DNA of 64,000 bases, taken from Amphiscolops sp. MND2022. Taxonomy: Eukaryota. Within the stretch, counting starts at the first letter, position 1. The number at the start of each line of letters is the position of its first letter. Below the pieces are notes generated by a model. It saw only the letters and a program-made list of their open reading frames with translations. It did no database searches and was not told the DNA's origin. Location: assembly GCA_964187785.1 (NCBI GenBank), contig OZ076409.1:25794001-25858000 (forward strand). The letters run 5' to 3'. This document shows positions 52,001 to 64,000 of this stretch, one piece after another. Both the position numbers and the translations under genes were made by a program.

Positions 52001-53871
52001 ACTCACAATGACCCAGAAAACAACGTTACTGAACTTCAACAGTTTCACAAACCGACATCAGGCTTAAATACATGCTCCGAAGGACATTTCAGAGACAATG
52101 CCAGAATCAGACTCGAACAAAACAATGACATCGTTCTCAGAAATCTCAGAGCTAAAATCGAAGGAAACCCGTTTGATGAAAACGACTTGGCATCTGACTA
52201 CAGATACCAACATTATCTCCAAAACATAACCAGAATTGAAATCAAGCAAGAGGTTCTAACGAGAAAATACTACACAGACACAGGAACCACTTCACATTAC
52301 CAGATTTTGTTACCAACACAACTCCTAGAAGAACTACTTCAAGCCCTACATGGTCACAACTCGAACCATCCAGGTATCACAAAGATGATACAAGAGGTGA
52401 GGCAGAAATACTATTACCCGTGCATTGCAAAATACATTAAAAAATGGGTGAGTAATTGTCAAACCTGCATACAAACCAAAAGGATCAATAATGACCTTCT
52501 CAGAACCGAACTACTTAATTGCCCCGAATGGGACCTCGGCCCTGAAGACATTCTCCAAATGGACATTCTACCAAATCTTCCACCCAGTGGTGGATACGAC
52601 CACATTATAACAGCGATTGATGTCTTCTCGCGATACCTGTTTGCTTACCCAGTGACTCGTATCACCGCAACATCAGTCGCTCGAGTAATAATGGACATTT
52701 TATGCAAACATACATACCTTCCAACAACCATCATCACAGACCTTGGCACAGAATTCAATGTCCAAGTAACACACGAAGTCACAGCAGTCCTAGGTGTTGA
52801 GCTTAAACATGCAACAATGAAACACGCTCAAACAATAGGACTCCTGGAAAGAACACATGCTTCAGTCAAAACCCAACTTAAAGCAGCAACTGGAGAATTC
52901 CGACATAACTGGCATAAATTTCTACCGTTAGCGGTTCTAAACCACAACACAACATACCACGCATCGCTTGGTTGCGAGCCTTCACGAGTTTTTCACGGCC
53001 GCATACCACACAACATACTGGATTATAAGTTAGGATATAATCCTAATCCGAAATACCACATACAAACTGATGTCGGAGAAGAAATACAAAGAAGAATGCG
53101 AATATTACTAGACCAGACCAAAAAGAACATATTGCAATCCTATCTTAAATATAAAGCTTATTATGATAGGAAGGCCAAGGCATCACCGCTGGAAACAACG
53201 GACTACTGCTACATTCTTAATCCGAAGGCTGACACACAGGCAGCAAAGATACCATTCCGTGAATTCAGGTGGCAGGGTCCTTACAAGGTTGAAAAAGTCC
53301 TTCCTAACAACAATTACATAGTTAGAAGACTAGGAACAAACAAAACACAACTCTTACACCGAATTCGGTTGAGGAAATTCACACCGCACGCACCTTTAGC
53401 TGACATTTTTGTCCGAGAAACCGATTGGCAAAAAGATGATCAAATGCCAGTGGCTCACGATGACTTATATGCCCAATCATGGAACACAAACTTTGGACCT
53501 AATCCCTTCGAAGATAGTCATCCGGATAATACACAAGACACTGATGCAGTGGAATACGTACCTGTCGATGCACCTGAAAATAACCACCCCCCTCCCTCGA
53601 ATTTCCAAAAAACAGTGGGGGGAGCCCTGTGGAACAGCCCACTGAGCGTGAAGAAGAAAATTATGATGAAATTCAGCAAGAAATTCAAAATGATGATACA
53701 GAAATCTCCCAAAAAACTCCAAAAGAAAATACACCAGAAAAACAAACCCAAAAAACCCCAGAAAACTCACAAAATACCCCATTGCAAAAAGAAACCATAA
53801 ATACTCGTGGTGAAAAATACAACCTACGTCCCAACCCCAACCCAAACTTCTCCGACTCGTATAGATACTAA
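48922..53871 (+). pseudogene. pol: pol polyprotein: protease, possible dUTPase-like remnant, RT, RNase H, integrase (premature TAA at 49843, frameshifts near 50340 and 53620)
   Basis: LIDTGA (protease), QYVDDI (RT), SDAS...FTDN...ADFLSR (RNase H), HGHNSNHPG...CQTC plus MD/TD/ER catalytic triad and WQGPYKV (integrase). Confidence 0.93.
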
Positions 53872-54050
53872 AAAACTGACAAATGAAGACTTCTTATCTT
53901 TTTCTCCGGAGCTTTTTTCATTGTTTTTACTGTTGTTGGCTTTAATAATGTACAACAACTGCTCCTCTAAATACACATAGTAACATCAGAGACATAACAA
54001 TAACATACAATCAGTAAATATAAAAAACGAAAATTGTCTTGAACAGTACA

Positions 54051-57000
54051 TTAGTTCTTGGAACTCTTGCCAGCCTTTGCCGCATGTTTCTGACCACTAC
54101 CAGAAGCGCCATCATTAGCACAGCGAGCAACACTGACTGAAATCCGTCCAAGATTGAGGCCAGAGCTAGGGGAACCGCTTGTACTAGGAGAACGACTAAC
54201 AGTGGGGGTAGACATATCCAGAAACAGAGGTAGCCCTTCACTCGGCAACACAGACTTCTTGTATGCACCCTCCATTTTCTCCAGCAAACCAACTCTCCGC
54301 GGTACATTTCCCTTTAAGAAATCCCAGATTGAAAATTTTCTGTCTTTGATCAGAGCAGGCCCTCGTCCCAGAAGGCGAAAGACGCGACAGATAGTTTTCG
54401 TGTCCCTATATAAACTGGAGACATTGGGCACTGTGGAATACGATAATTGCAAGCTTCGAATTGCAGAATTGTATGAATCCTTATCGGATGCCAAATCAGG
54501 AATGGACAAGTCAAACTTTGCAGGGATAGACAGCACCGGAGGCAAACACAAACAGGCGAATCTGAATACCTGCAGAAGCGAAGGGCGGCACTGCATTTCA
54601 TAATGGGACACGAGATAATGTATCCAGCCATCCCTGGGAGTGTTGTCCACGAGACGCAATTTCACGATAAAAGCACGGTACTCGCTCACACATGTAACTT
54701 TGTTACTGGCAGTCAACCAGCCTTTAGCGACAAAATAACTACTCAGGCATTCAATAGCTCCGACGTAGTTCTGTTCCGGACCGTCCAACATGACAGCAGG
54801 GTCAAATGCCGACAAACCCCGCATGAGATCAGAAGTAACGATTTCGTGGGTGAGGAGGACAGTGCAAAAGGCCTTGCAAAAAGCAGGAGACTGTTCCACG
54901 AACTTGCTAGGCCGTGGGAGCCGACTAGAAGCCACTAAATAGTGGTAAGTTGGATTCATAGCAAATTCTGCAGGAGTTTTGTATGGCAGATTGGGATCAT
55001 TTAAATCAATTTTCAAAAAACCATCCCAGTTTGAGACGTCTCCGAGAAAGCTATCAGGAAACAGATTCTGGAGCTGGCTGTATACAAAGACTGAATATTG
55101 ATTATACAGTCTAAATCCACACTCAATGCTGCCAAGGATGCCCGAAAATGCTGAGTTATCTGAAACAAGAGAAGAATCTAATCAAAACAACGAAAGAACA
55201 ATAGAACACTGAGAAAAATAGTGAAATAAAGCGCTTTAAGGAACAGTGACGTCACCCTACTGAATCCAGCTCACGTATATACACTGCAGTACAAACTTAA
55301 TTTCTTGATTATGCGTCATTGCACAGAGTTCTTCTGACAGTACACACGCTACAATACGTACTTGAGCAGCCGACCATACGTCAACATGCGTAAAATGTCT
55401 TGACGCATATGCGTCAACATTCGGTCCCGAGTGTTTGACTGCGCGTCACTATGCGGAAAGTAACTAAACGCTTATACGTCAGTAGTATATCTCACAACCA
55501 GGTTATACGTCACTATGCGGATATCAGTGAAATGAATATACGTCAATATACGGCGTGGAATGATTTGTCAAAAATGAATGGCAAATTCCAAAAATTCCAA
55601 GCATCTTAACAAGCTGAGATTAATGATTTATACACGTGCAATTTTCAGTTCATGAAGCCTCAAGTCTATTGTGTTTACGAAAGACACCGCAAATAATATC
55701 AGCGTCATCACGCGGAAAAGGGACTGTGTATATACTAACAAATTCGGATCCATACCAAACGGACATGCGGTATTGTATGGAAATGGAATGCGCGAATATA
55801 CGCGAGTATACGGATTTTGGAAATAGCGCAGCTCATGGCAATACTAACGCAAATGCGGTAGCAAAATGTGAAATATACCAAACAAACTTAAAGTTGCGAA
55901 AACAATTACATGATCTTGAGCCCAAAAGGACAAAGAACGAAACAGTAGGAACCAATGTAACAATGAAAGACAGTTGGCCGATTCAAAAGATACAGATAGT
56001 GAATTACACTAACAGTGGTCAATGACGCATCGAATGATAAACAGGCGAGCAAGGTAGGCGGTATCCAACGGAAAACATTCGTCTAGTGCACTGGGCTAAA
56101 ACATTCAACAAGGTATTACATTTTCGCGTTGGGACTCAACAAGACATTCGTAAAGATCAATATTGTACCTCTTTCATGTGGAAACGGTAGGCAGGGAGAC
56201 GGGCAACTTGCGACAGATGTTCCCTGACCCGATCCCAGTTGCGAGAAAGGCATTCAATTAGCTCTGAGGCTTCTTCCAATGAGTATTGCAAAGAGAGGAC
56301 ACACTAAAACCAAAGATAGGATGAACATAACTAACTAGAAATATCACTCTCAAATAATAGAATAAAGAATATTAAATGACCTTGTGGAGTAGAGGAAGTG
56401 ACTGCAACCAATTTTTGTCGAGGGCAGTACGGAGTTTCATCAACAAGAAGTCAACGATAGTACGAAAATCATGTCGCTCGATAATCTTTGCGGTAGGTAA
56501 GGCCAGGCATCGTTCAAATTCCTCAAGACCGAAATTGTTAACAATGCAAGGACGTTGTCGGCCAGGTAATTCAGAACTCAGACAAGAATTCAGTTTCTCA
56601 CCCATTCCATTAAGGCTAAGACAAGGTGGTGGAGACTCAATAAAACTGACGAAGGAAGCAATCAGTGACAGAATTTTACGTGGGATCAATAACCCACGAG
56701 GGCCAGTGCCAATGCACACTTGATGAACCACGTTCCCAGACCAAAAGTTGACAAATAAATACGTCTCTGTATCTGTGTAACACAAGGACAAAGAATAACT
56801 TCCGCTAGATGAGGAATTGGTAACGCAGTAGTGGATTAATTCACGGAACATGTGCACTATAATTCCCTGGAAACAACAAGACTCTAAGTATCATTAGCTA
56901 AATTTCAACAGAACAATTAAAAACCGTAGTGATGAAACTACGTGATAATGACAAAAGATTAGAAAATGATGAAGGAAACTTACAAATAGCCGATGAGGGC

Positions 57001-58237
57001 TCCAATTGAATGCACCAGCAGATCCACTTCCCCCAGCGAACTGAGTAACTTCATCGTAGATGTCAGTTAAGCAAGACAGATGTCCTCCATTCCGTAACCC
57101 AATCTCGATCACACAAATTTGAGAGATCACAGTTTCGACGGGACTTTTTCCTACCCCAGAGCTTGGGAGTTCATCCTGACCGACAAGCAAACGACATGGG
57201 TCAAGTTGCAGGGCAATGGGATAAGTCTCCTTGGCAAGTTTCTTGGCGTTTGTTAGTGCTTGCCCTTGCTATTCATTCTCGTACTTATCAAACAGCGGCA
57301 TTCCAGGGGTTTCCATCCGAACCCTGTGCTCTTTGACTAAGTGTGACTCGGTCCTGTAGTGGGCAAGCAGTTCCAGTATTCCACGACTCATTAAAGATAA
57401 TTCGAGTTTACAAACCCGACACCACCACTTGTATGGGGTTTTCTCTCGGTCTATTGGGCCAGTTGCTGATAGTTTGAGAACGGGATGTTTTCGGAACATA
57501 CTCCCCTTAAGGGAATACCGTGGGCGTTGACGTTTGCCTCTTACGGTTGGCCGTTCGTCGGACTCACAGAATAACTGCTGACCAAACGCTTCTGCCCCAA
57601 CATATTCACTTGTGCCAGACTGGCTCAGATATCGATGAGACGGCCCAGGGGGGTTGTCTATTACGGACACCGACAATCCCATATCAGCTGCCACGTCAGT
57701 TCCTTGTAGGAAAGATGGTGGAATCCTACCCAGCACACTATTCAAGGCGATAATTTCGTTGCGGGTTATGCTGATACTTGGTGTGATCTGCCCCGTCATA
57801 TGCCTATTTGCCTCCGCTTGGGCTTGCTCCTGGGGAGGCCAATCGCTAGTTTCTCCCTCAGAAGGGACTTGGTGCTCAGCCAACTCGTCAGTCTCTGCTG
57901 TTTCACTCGCGGGTTGTGGAGATTGAATGAATTGAGTAAATCGTGGGGAGGAAGTCTGTAATTTGGGTGGAGACAGATTGTCAACGTTTTCTTCCATTTC
58001 AACTCCTGGTGGGCTCTCCACTTGCAAGGTAGTGATTCCAGAGAGAAGTGGTGTGACTAATGCTTCAGGGGTGAGAAGACCGCCAGCAGGAAGTGTCTCA
58101 GTTTGTGGATTTGTTGTTTCAACAATTTCAAGTGGGAGATCTACGGCTGAACTCTCGATGGTTATCACGCTGACGTGATCTTGAACGAGTTCTGGTGCAA
58201 ATTCAGAAGGATGAACGGACGGGGCTTCCAAGGGCAC
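54051..58237 (-). CDS. Antisense, spliced BED-zinc-finger / hAT-transposase-derived gene inside the retrotransposon (about 1020 codons; one in-frame TAG at 57269-57271)
   Basis: Exons 56984-58237, 56381-56866, 56169-56303, 56014-56095 and 54051-55159 are joined by GT-AG introns with compatible phases; BED-like motif WCRVCKLELSLMSRGILELLAHYRTESH; possible further upstream exon ending at 58575 (gtaagt). Confidence 0.72.
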
Positions 58238-59997
58238 ATAAACTTTTGTGGGCGACCGAGCTGGTGATTTCTCCGTTGAGCCGACTTCAACTGAAACAGA
58301 CGTTTTTATAACTGTTTGTTCAGTAAAAGCAAAGTCAAATTAACGATTTCTGCCTAGCAACATTTTCAAACCGGACGCGGTTTCGAGAATATTAATTTGG
58401 GCGGAAGTTGTCTAAAATGCGACCGGAAGTTACTTCTTCTGAAAATTCAAATCTGTTTCCACCTTTGAAATAAGGAAACAGTATACTCGCTAGCCTGGCC
58501 AGCTTAGCAACCGAAACACTGACTAGAAATCAGACAAACAAAACAAACATTAACAAATTAGAATTCGGACTTACCAGGGGAGGTTGAAGTCGGTGATTTG
58601 TACCCCCAAGTAGCAGTTTGCCTTCTGGAGATTTGATCCTTTCGGGATTTCCGATTTCGCCCTGGCTCCTTTGGAAAGGTAAAGTAAAGTGGAACACACC
58701 AAATTCAAAAGAGCAGAAGAGAGACTCTGGATTATACAAGCAGAATGTTGATGTATTAAGAGATGCGACGACAAGTTGAAAATAACCAGTAACAGAACTC
58801 AAGAATGTAAATCGCAATGGAGAAAAATGAACGATGAAGACTTACTGAAACTTTTGTACTTTTAACAGATAGAATTGCAAAGCAAGATGAAGGCGTGGCG
58901 TATACAATGAAAGGCAAAAAGAGCAAATGACTAATGTAAATTAACATGGTGAAAATGGACCTTAATGCTGATTGGCTAAATAAATCAATCAATCACTACT
59001 GCCAGAGTGATCGATTTGACGTAATTGACATGTGAAAGAGTCACAAACATTCCCAAAAAGAAGTACGCGTTAATGGTGGAGATTTTCAAGTTGGTTGAAC
59101 CAATATCCTACGCCAATATGCTGATTCGTCATGAACGAATATACGGTAATATACGGTAAAGATAGGATTGGATATGCGGCATCATGCGGGGAGGAAACAA
59201 CAGCATATGCTGCATTATGCGGAACTAAAGAGAACCGAGTATGCGGTAACCTACGGATATAATAATGAAGTATAAGCGTCAACATGCGGCGTGGAATGCA
59301 ATTTGTGGCGATACAGTATGACAACAATCTAAGCAGATGCACCACGTAAGGACCAATTGGAAGTGAACATAGAAGGGTGTAAGACAACACACACACGTAA
59401 TACGATGACCAAGATGCTAACTACTACATATACCACTGCCTTCAAACATGCAGTTCCGAGTATCATTCTGATAAAATAAAAGGCTGGTGGGTCAATTTCA
59501 ACCTACATATGGATTTGATGAATAAGAGACGCAGCACTTTCCAAGTGCTGGACCTTATGACGGAAGACCGGGCAACGAAAAATAATCTAATGGTATATAT
59601 CACGCAGATCCTCAGTTGGTGAAAACTTATTTTTGTAAAACTATGAAACTCTTTATGGAAGTTTGTATCTGGATAGATCTTATACATGAAAGATGTATTG
59701 ATCATTCATACGTAGTGAACACTTTAGTCATCATTTTGTTTACATTATATCTAAATGCTGTTGAAGATATGGAAGTAGAGGTCAAAAGAATAGCCACTCG
59801 AAGTGAGGAAACCCTCACAACCAACCCTAAATTGTTTACAAGTAATTGATGAGAGCCTTAGTGGAGCTTACCTTAAAAGGGCTATCTACGGCTTTTATGG
59901 ACTCCTTATATGGATTCTACGAAACTGATAACCATGACAAGCAACTTTTTGGAGGGAAAACTTATTCTCGAAAGGGAACTAGAAGAAATTTCACCAT

Positions 59998-61149
59998 ATG
60001 GTCTTAGTGAATCTAGAACTCAGTCATCTCACCAGAGTTTTATTCAGTGTCGCAAACTCTCCCAAACAAGTGAATTTATATCGGATAATAATGAATAATC
60101 TTCAATTCAATGTCGATGATGACCCACTCTACTCTCCAATTTCACCTGAGGTGGTAGATATTTCTAGCGGATCTGAAGACGGTTTCCTAGTGGAACCTGG
60201 CAATATGTTCAAAATAGACGAGAAGTTTAGGATTAATCCTACAGGAACAAACTTGATGTCAGCATTTATGGGTACTACATCAGCATCCCTGTTCCCTGAA
60301 ACTAGTGACACCGCAACAATAGTAGAGGAAATGGACACTGCAGGGACTCGTTTGGAAAAGGAACTGATGGAACTGGTGGGGGATACCCAAGGAAATCAGC
60401 TGTTCTCCCCTAATTCATTCATGGACAGTGAATTTGAGGAAACTGATTTATCCCCTCCTGATCTACTGGAAGGGACTACGGTGAGCACAAACAGTTATGG
60501 GTGGCCTATAGCTGCCATACTGCCGACACCTAGGGCCCCGCAAATAAATACAAGGGAAATCTCTCAGCCAATTCCGATATACCCACCTAATTTTCGTCCA
60601 GGAAATACAGATTTCCAAATCGTCCAAAACAATGAAATGGTGTTTGAAAACACGACGGACCAGCCCATGCCCTCACTCAATACAATCCATACTGTAATGC
60701 CTTTGAACAACATGACCCCTGTGGTCATCCAGCTTCCAATGAGAGGAGCGCCAGACAGACATCCCCAGATGGTCACCTCATCACAACCGTTAGCTCAAAT
60801 GGGGTTCCCTTTTAACGTAGCCCACAGTACAAACCATCTGCTTCTCCCAACAGAAGAGAGACAAAGACACAGGTTAATCCCCACAGTCATGCCTAATGTT
60901 GCGGGCTATTGTGACTGGTGCGGAAAAAGCTTCGACCAAGTGGCAATGGAGACCTTAGGAGAATATCTTGCAGCAACAGCTTACGAGGGGGAGACTGTGA
61001 GAGACAGAGGCGTGCGTTCACGAGCATTTATTGACGGTTTCGAGGCCGCACTGTTCTGTTTCAAAAGTGCTGGACTGTTGCAACCCTACTATTGCGCTGG
61101 ACCCGTGGTGCAACAAAGAAAAACAGAACAGCACGAAGAGAGGGTATAA
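59998..61149 (+). CDS. Orphan accessory ORF of the retrotransposon (383 aa, acidic and Pro-rich, C-terminal CxxC), ending inside the 3' LTR
   Basis: Long uninterrupted ORF in AT-rich DNA; GYCDWCGKSF motif; no recognisable family. Confidence 0.65.
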   Translation: MVLVNLELSHLTRVLFSVANSPKQVNLYRIIMNNLQFNVDDDPLYSPISPEVVDISSGSEDGFLVEPGNMFKIDEKFRINPTGTNLMSAFMGTTSASLFPETSDTATIVEEMDTAGTRLEKELMELVGDTQGNQLFSPNSFMDSEFEETDLSPPDLLEGTTVSTNSYGWPIAAILPTPRAPQINTREISQPIPIYPPNFRPGNTDFQIVQNNEMVFENTTDQPMPSLNTIHTVMPLNNMTPVVIQLPMRGAPDRHPQMVTSSQPLAQMGFPFNVAHSTNHLLLPTEERQRHRLIPTVMPNVAGYCDWCGKSFDQVAMETLGEYLAATAYEGETVRDRGVRSRAFIDGFEAALFCFKSAGLLQPYYCAGPVVQQRKTEQHEERV

Positions 61150-62707
61150 TCACACATTTCAAACTTCCTAAACTGTATGAATAAACAACTTGATGTCATG
61201 TATTTTCTATAAATAATTTGGATATTTGTAAAGGCAATTAGCCGATTGGATGATGTCTTATCCCATTCATAATTTACATGAAACCATGGAAGGTACTATT
61301 TGCGGTGGTTCTAAGATGCTAATTTGTGTTATGCGTCACACCTCGTGTAGTATTACAATGAGACTACGTGCATGTGCATTTATCAATGTAAACATTATGC
61401 TATATTGTACGTTTATGAATACTATGAGTATGCGTCAATATACGCTTTCACGGCCACCAACCATACGTGATCATACGCATTTGTGTTTTCAGTATATGCG
61501 TCGTCATGCGTTATAGAATGAATTATTTAGAATGTGCTGTGTATTCTCCAATTATGCAATAACATGCGGTAATGAAGCAATGTACATACGTTAACATACG
61601 TTTTTGATTATACGTCTTTATACACACTTCTGACAACCGTATGAGCGTTAGGATACACTTTTGCTGTTAAATACGTGTAATTGCGCATATGCTATAATGT
61701 ACATCATTTAGCGTTTTCCATAACACCAATTGTGCGTTAATATACGTATAGGAGTATGATGCTTATGCGCAAACGTGCAGTTTCACTGAAAACCCTAGAT
61801 TCAGCTTTTTGGACGTCATGTAACCTCGAATTTGTACTTTATAAATAGTCTTTACGTCATCTGACGCAATTCTATTTATATTTTGAATAGCAATGATGTG
61901 CTAGAAAAGGAGTGTCATGTAAAATATTTTTTCTTGGGTAGATAAAGAGTGAAGGGGAGAACACAACGTGAGTATCTCTCTACGAATGCAGTTGCATATT
62001 TCTCTTTCTAACTTCGCGACAGTTTCTTTGATCTATTTCCCGTTTGTCTCTTTGATTTGATTTAAAGTATAGACTTTGAATAAATTCAAATTCTTCCCCA
62101 ACAATCAAATTACCATTTTCACTCGAGCAGAATGGGAAACAAAAGAAACAGGAGATCTAGAAGATTGAGAACCTTATCCCCTGATGGAAACTTAAGCGAA
62201 ACACAATTAGAAACTTCTACCCAAGGTAATGATACATTAACTAATATTGGATCCAACACACAAGGAACGTCATGCAACGATGAAATTAGAACTCAACTGA
62301 TAGAACCTAGTCAGATAAGCAATGAGATCCAAGCATGGACGAATAATTTTGAACAAAAGAATAATGATAGAATCATGAAAATGAGAGAAGAAATGGAGAA
62401 CAAACTAGAAGCTATCTTAAAGGAAATAAAGTCTAATAAAAGCGCATCTAATATTTGGCAACAAACTCAAGATCCGAAACGAATGATGTTCAAAGCATGC
62501 AACCATCAGGGTCCAGGTTAGGTCAGTCTAATGGAGTACACGCATCTTTTGATGAGAATTCAGAACCGGATGGTGTAGATTATCCTCCCCAAACTTCTAA
62601 AATGAGAGACCTTAGGCATCCAGCTAAACCATTGTTTCGAAGCGAATCTGATGTAGATGTAACTATACATTCAGACGAGGAGTCTGACCTGGAGGAGGAT
62701 TATCACA
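61076..62707 (+). repeat. 3' LTR
   Basis: tgttgcaacc...gattatcaca, followed by TSD caact. Confidence 0.95.
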
Positions 62708-64000
62708 CAACTAATTCAAACAATTTCCAAAACCGGCTTGTCAATTATTCAAATTGATAACCTCAATTCGAACTGAATCAACAATATTCATCAAAGTTGA
62801 AAAGAATCTCGCAGGAAATTTTGTATGAAGTTGATGTGCTACTACACAGGTTGTAGGTGAACCCAAAAAACGGACACACAAAATATTCAAAATCGTAATA
62901 TTTGTAAACAATCTCTCACTTTTCTGTCAAACTTCAGCTATCATAACGTAACCAATTTTGAACCAAGGTTGGTTGAAAGATTCTGAAAATGTCTATAGAG
63001 AACAAATGTCAATTAATTGAGATTTTGAGAGCTCAAGAACTTTCATGCGTTGTTTTTTTCTCATGTTTTACTGTCAATCATCCGAACTGATTTTGCTATC
63101 ACAAAACCAATACCTTCAGAAAAGAAATTTCGAAGCTTCTCGACATGTCCTCCGAGTAACCATTGAATCAGTAATACTTGTCCATCTATTCTCATTTCGA
63201 AGACAAAAACTAACTTAATTTGAACAGAAGTTGCCATTTGGAAACATTGCGCGCCTGTTTGGAAAAAAGCAGCTGTAGTCATGGCTTTTTGTCAGTTTTT
63301 TCAATTCACCTGAACTAGCCAAAATAGTTCTACCAAAATGTCTTCACGTTCAGCGATGTCCCTTTTGGCCATCTACATACTCTATTTAAACTGTAAAAAG
63401 CGCTAAGGAGTCCCCTCTGACAAAAACGCTACCAATACCAGATCTAACATATTCCTGACATTACACGTTCCAGGTATAACATATACAGGATATAACGTTT
63501 CCTGGAGAACTTTTCAATGATACAAAAGTGTCCCCTTTTTCAATTTTTTGGAATTTTTTGGATTTTCAAAGTTCATACAAAATCATTTGAAGCCAAAGCC
63601 TCGTTTTTGGGTACTGTGAGACTCTTTCGAACCTTTTGGTTTGCAGTTGAGGAAAAAGTGGTTTTCGAGCCTTACGCGTATCCCTTGGGGTATTATTGGC
63701 ACTGAGAAATTGAAATTGTTATATTCGGTTCATACCGACTTGACCTCTACCGTAAATTCGGATACCAGCAGTCTAGAAGATAGGAGTTGTTTACCAACAA
63801 ACTCTAAATAGACTCTCATACCATACATACATTTATACATTTGTTTTGGTCACAATACAGTGATACAAACATAGATCTATCTCTTTTAACAATTTCCTTT
63901 TCTCTTAGCCTATACCCTTAGAATAGAACATGGCGCAGTCAGCCGATTTTTAAACTGTGTAAACCCTTCATAACGAAAAATAATGGCTGAAAAAAATACC

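Larger units (their letters stand above)
46285..62707 (+). mobile_element. Full-length Ty3/Gypsy LTR retrotransposon (16.4 kb) with extra cargo genes
   Basis: Two 1632-bp TG...CA LTRs; 5-bp TSD CAACT at 46280-46284 and 62708-62712; TGG-starting PBS at 47917; gag then PR-RT-RH-IN order. Confidence 0.96.

Noticed and set aside
59998..61149. env gene
   Set aside because: No signal peptide, furin site or transmembrane segment.
63061..63282. 73-aa minus-strand ORF
   Set aside because: No ankyrin or SLC1 similarity and no convincing splice signals.

Overview
AT-rich, repeat-dense eukaryotic (invertebrate animal-like) genomic DNA; no prokaryotic features. (1) Minus strand, 1859-36004: 18 spliced coding exons of a TRPN/NompC mechanosensitive channel, covering the C-terminal ankyrin repeats and the first transmembrane segments. 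The gene continues beyond both ends of this exon set, and one intron needs a non-canonical GG donor. (2) Plus strand, 37388-41391: the first two exons of an SLC1-family (EAAT/ASCT-like) transporter, apparently nested antisense in a TRPN intron. (3) A full-length 16.4 kb Ty3/Gypsy LTR retrotransposon (46285-62707; 1632-bp LTRs, CAACT target-site duplication) with an unusual layout. Gag starts about 190 codons inside the LTR. The 7.2 kb between pol and the 3' LTR holds an antisense, intron-containing BED-finger/hAT-transposase-derived gene of about 1020 codons and an orphan sense ORF that runs into the 3' LTR. Its non-coding parts carry 33-bp-phased arrays of an ATRCG-N5-ATRCG dyad. (4) Two solo LTRs of similar design, one with its own GATG-N7-GATG array, plus a decayed Gypsy internal region, many Helentron/HINE-like repeats, several MITEs, a 305-bp near-perfect palindrome and a decayed JmjC-domain ORF. 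The best candidate for a new system is the retrotransposon-borne, probably inactive hAT/BED protein together with the phased dyad arrays. All family assignments come from motif recognition by eye, not database searches.
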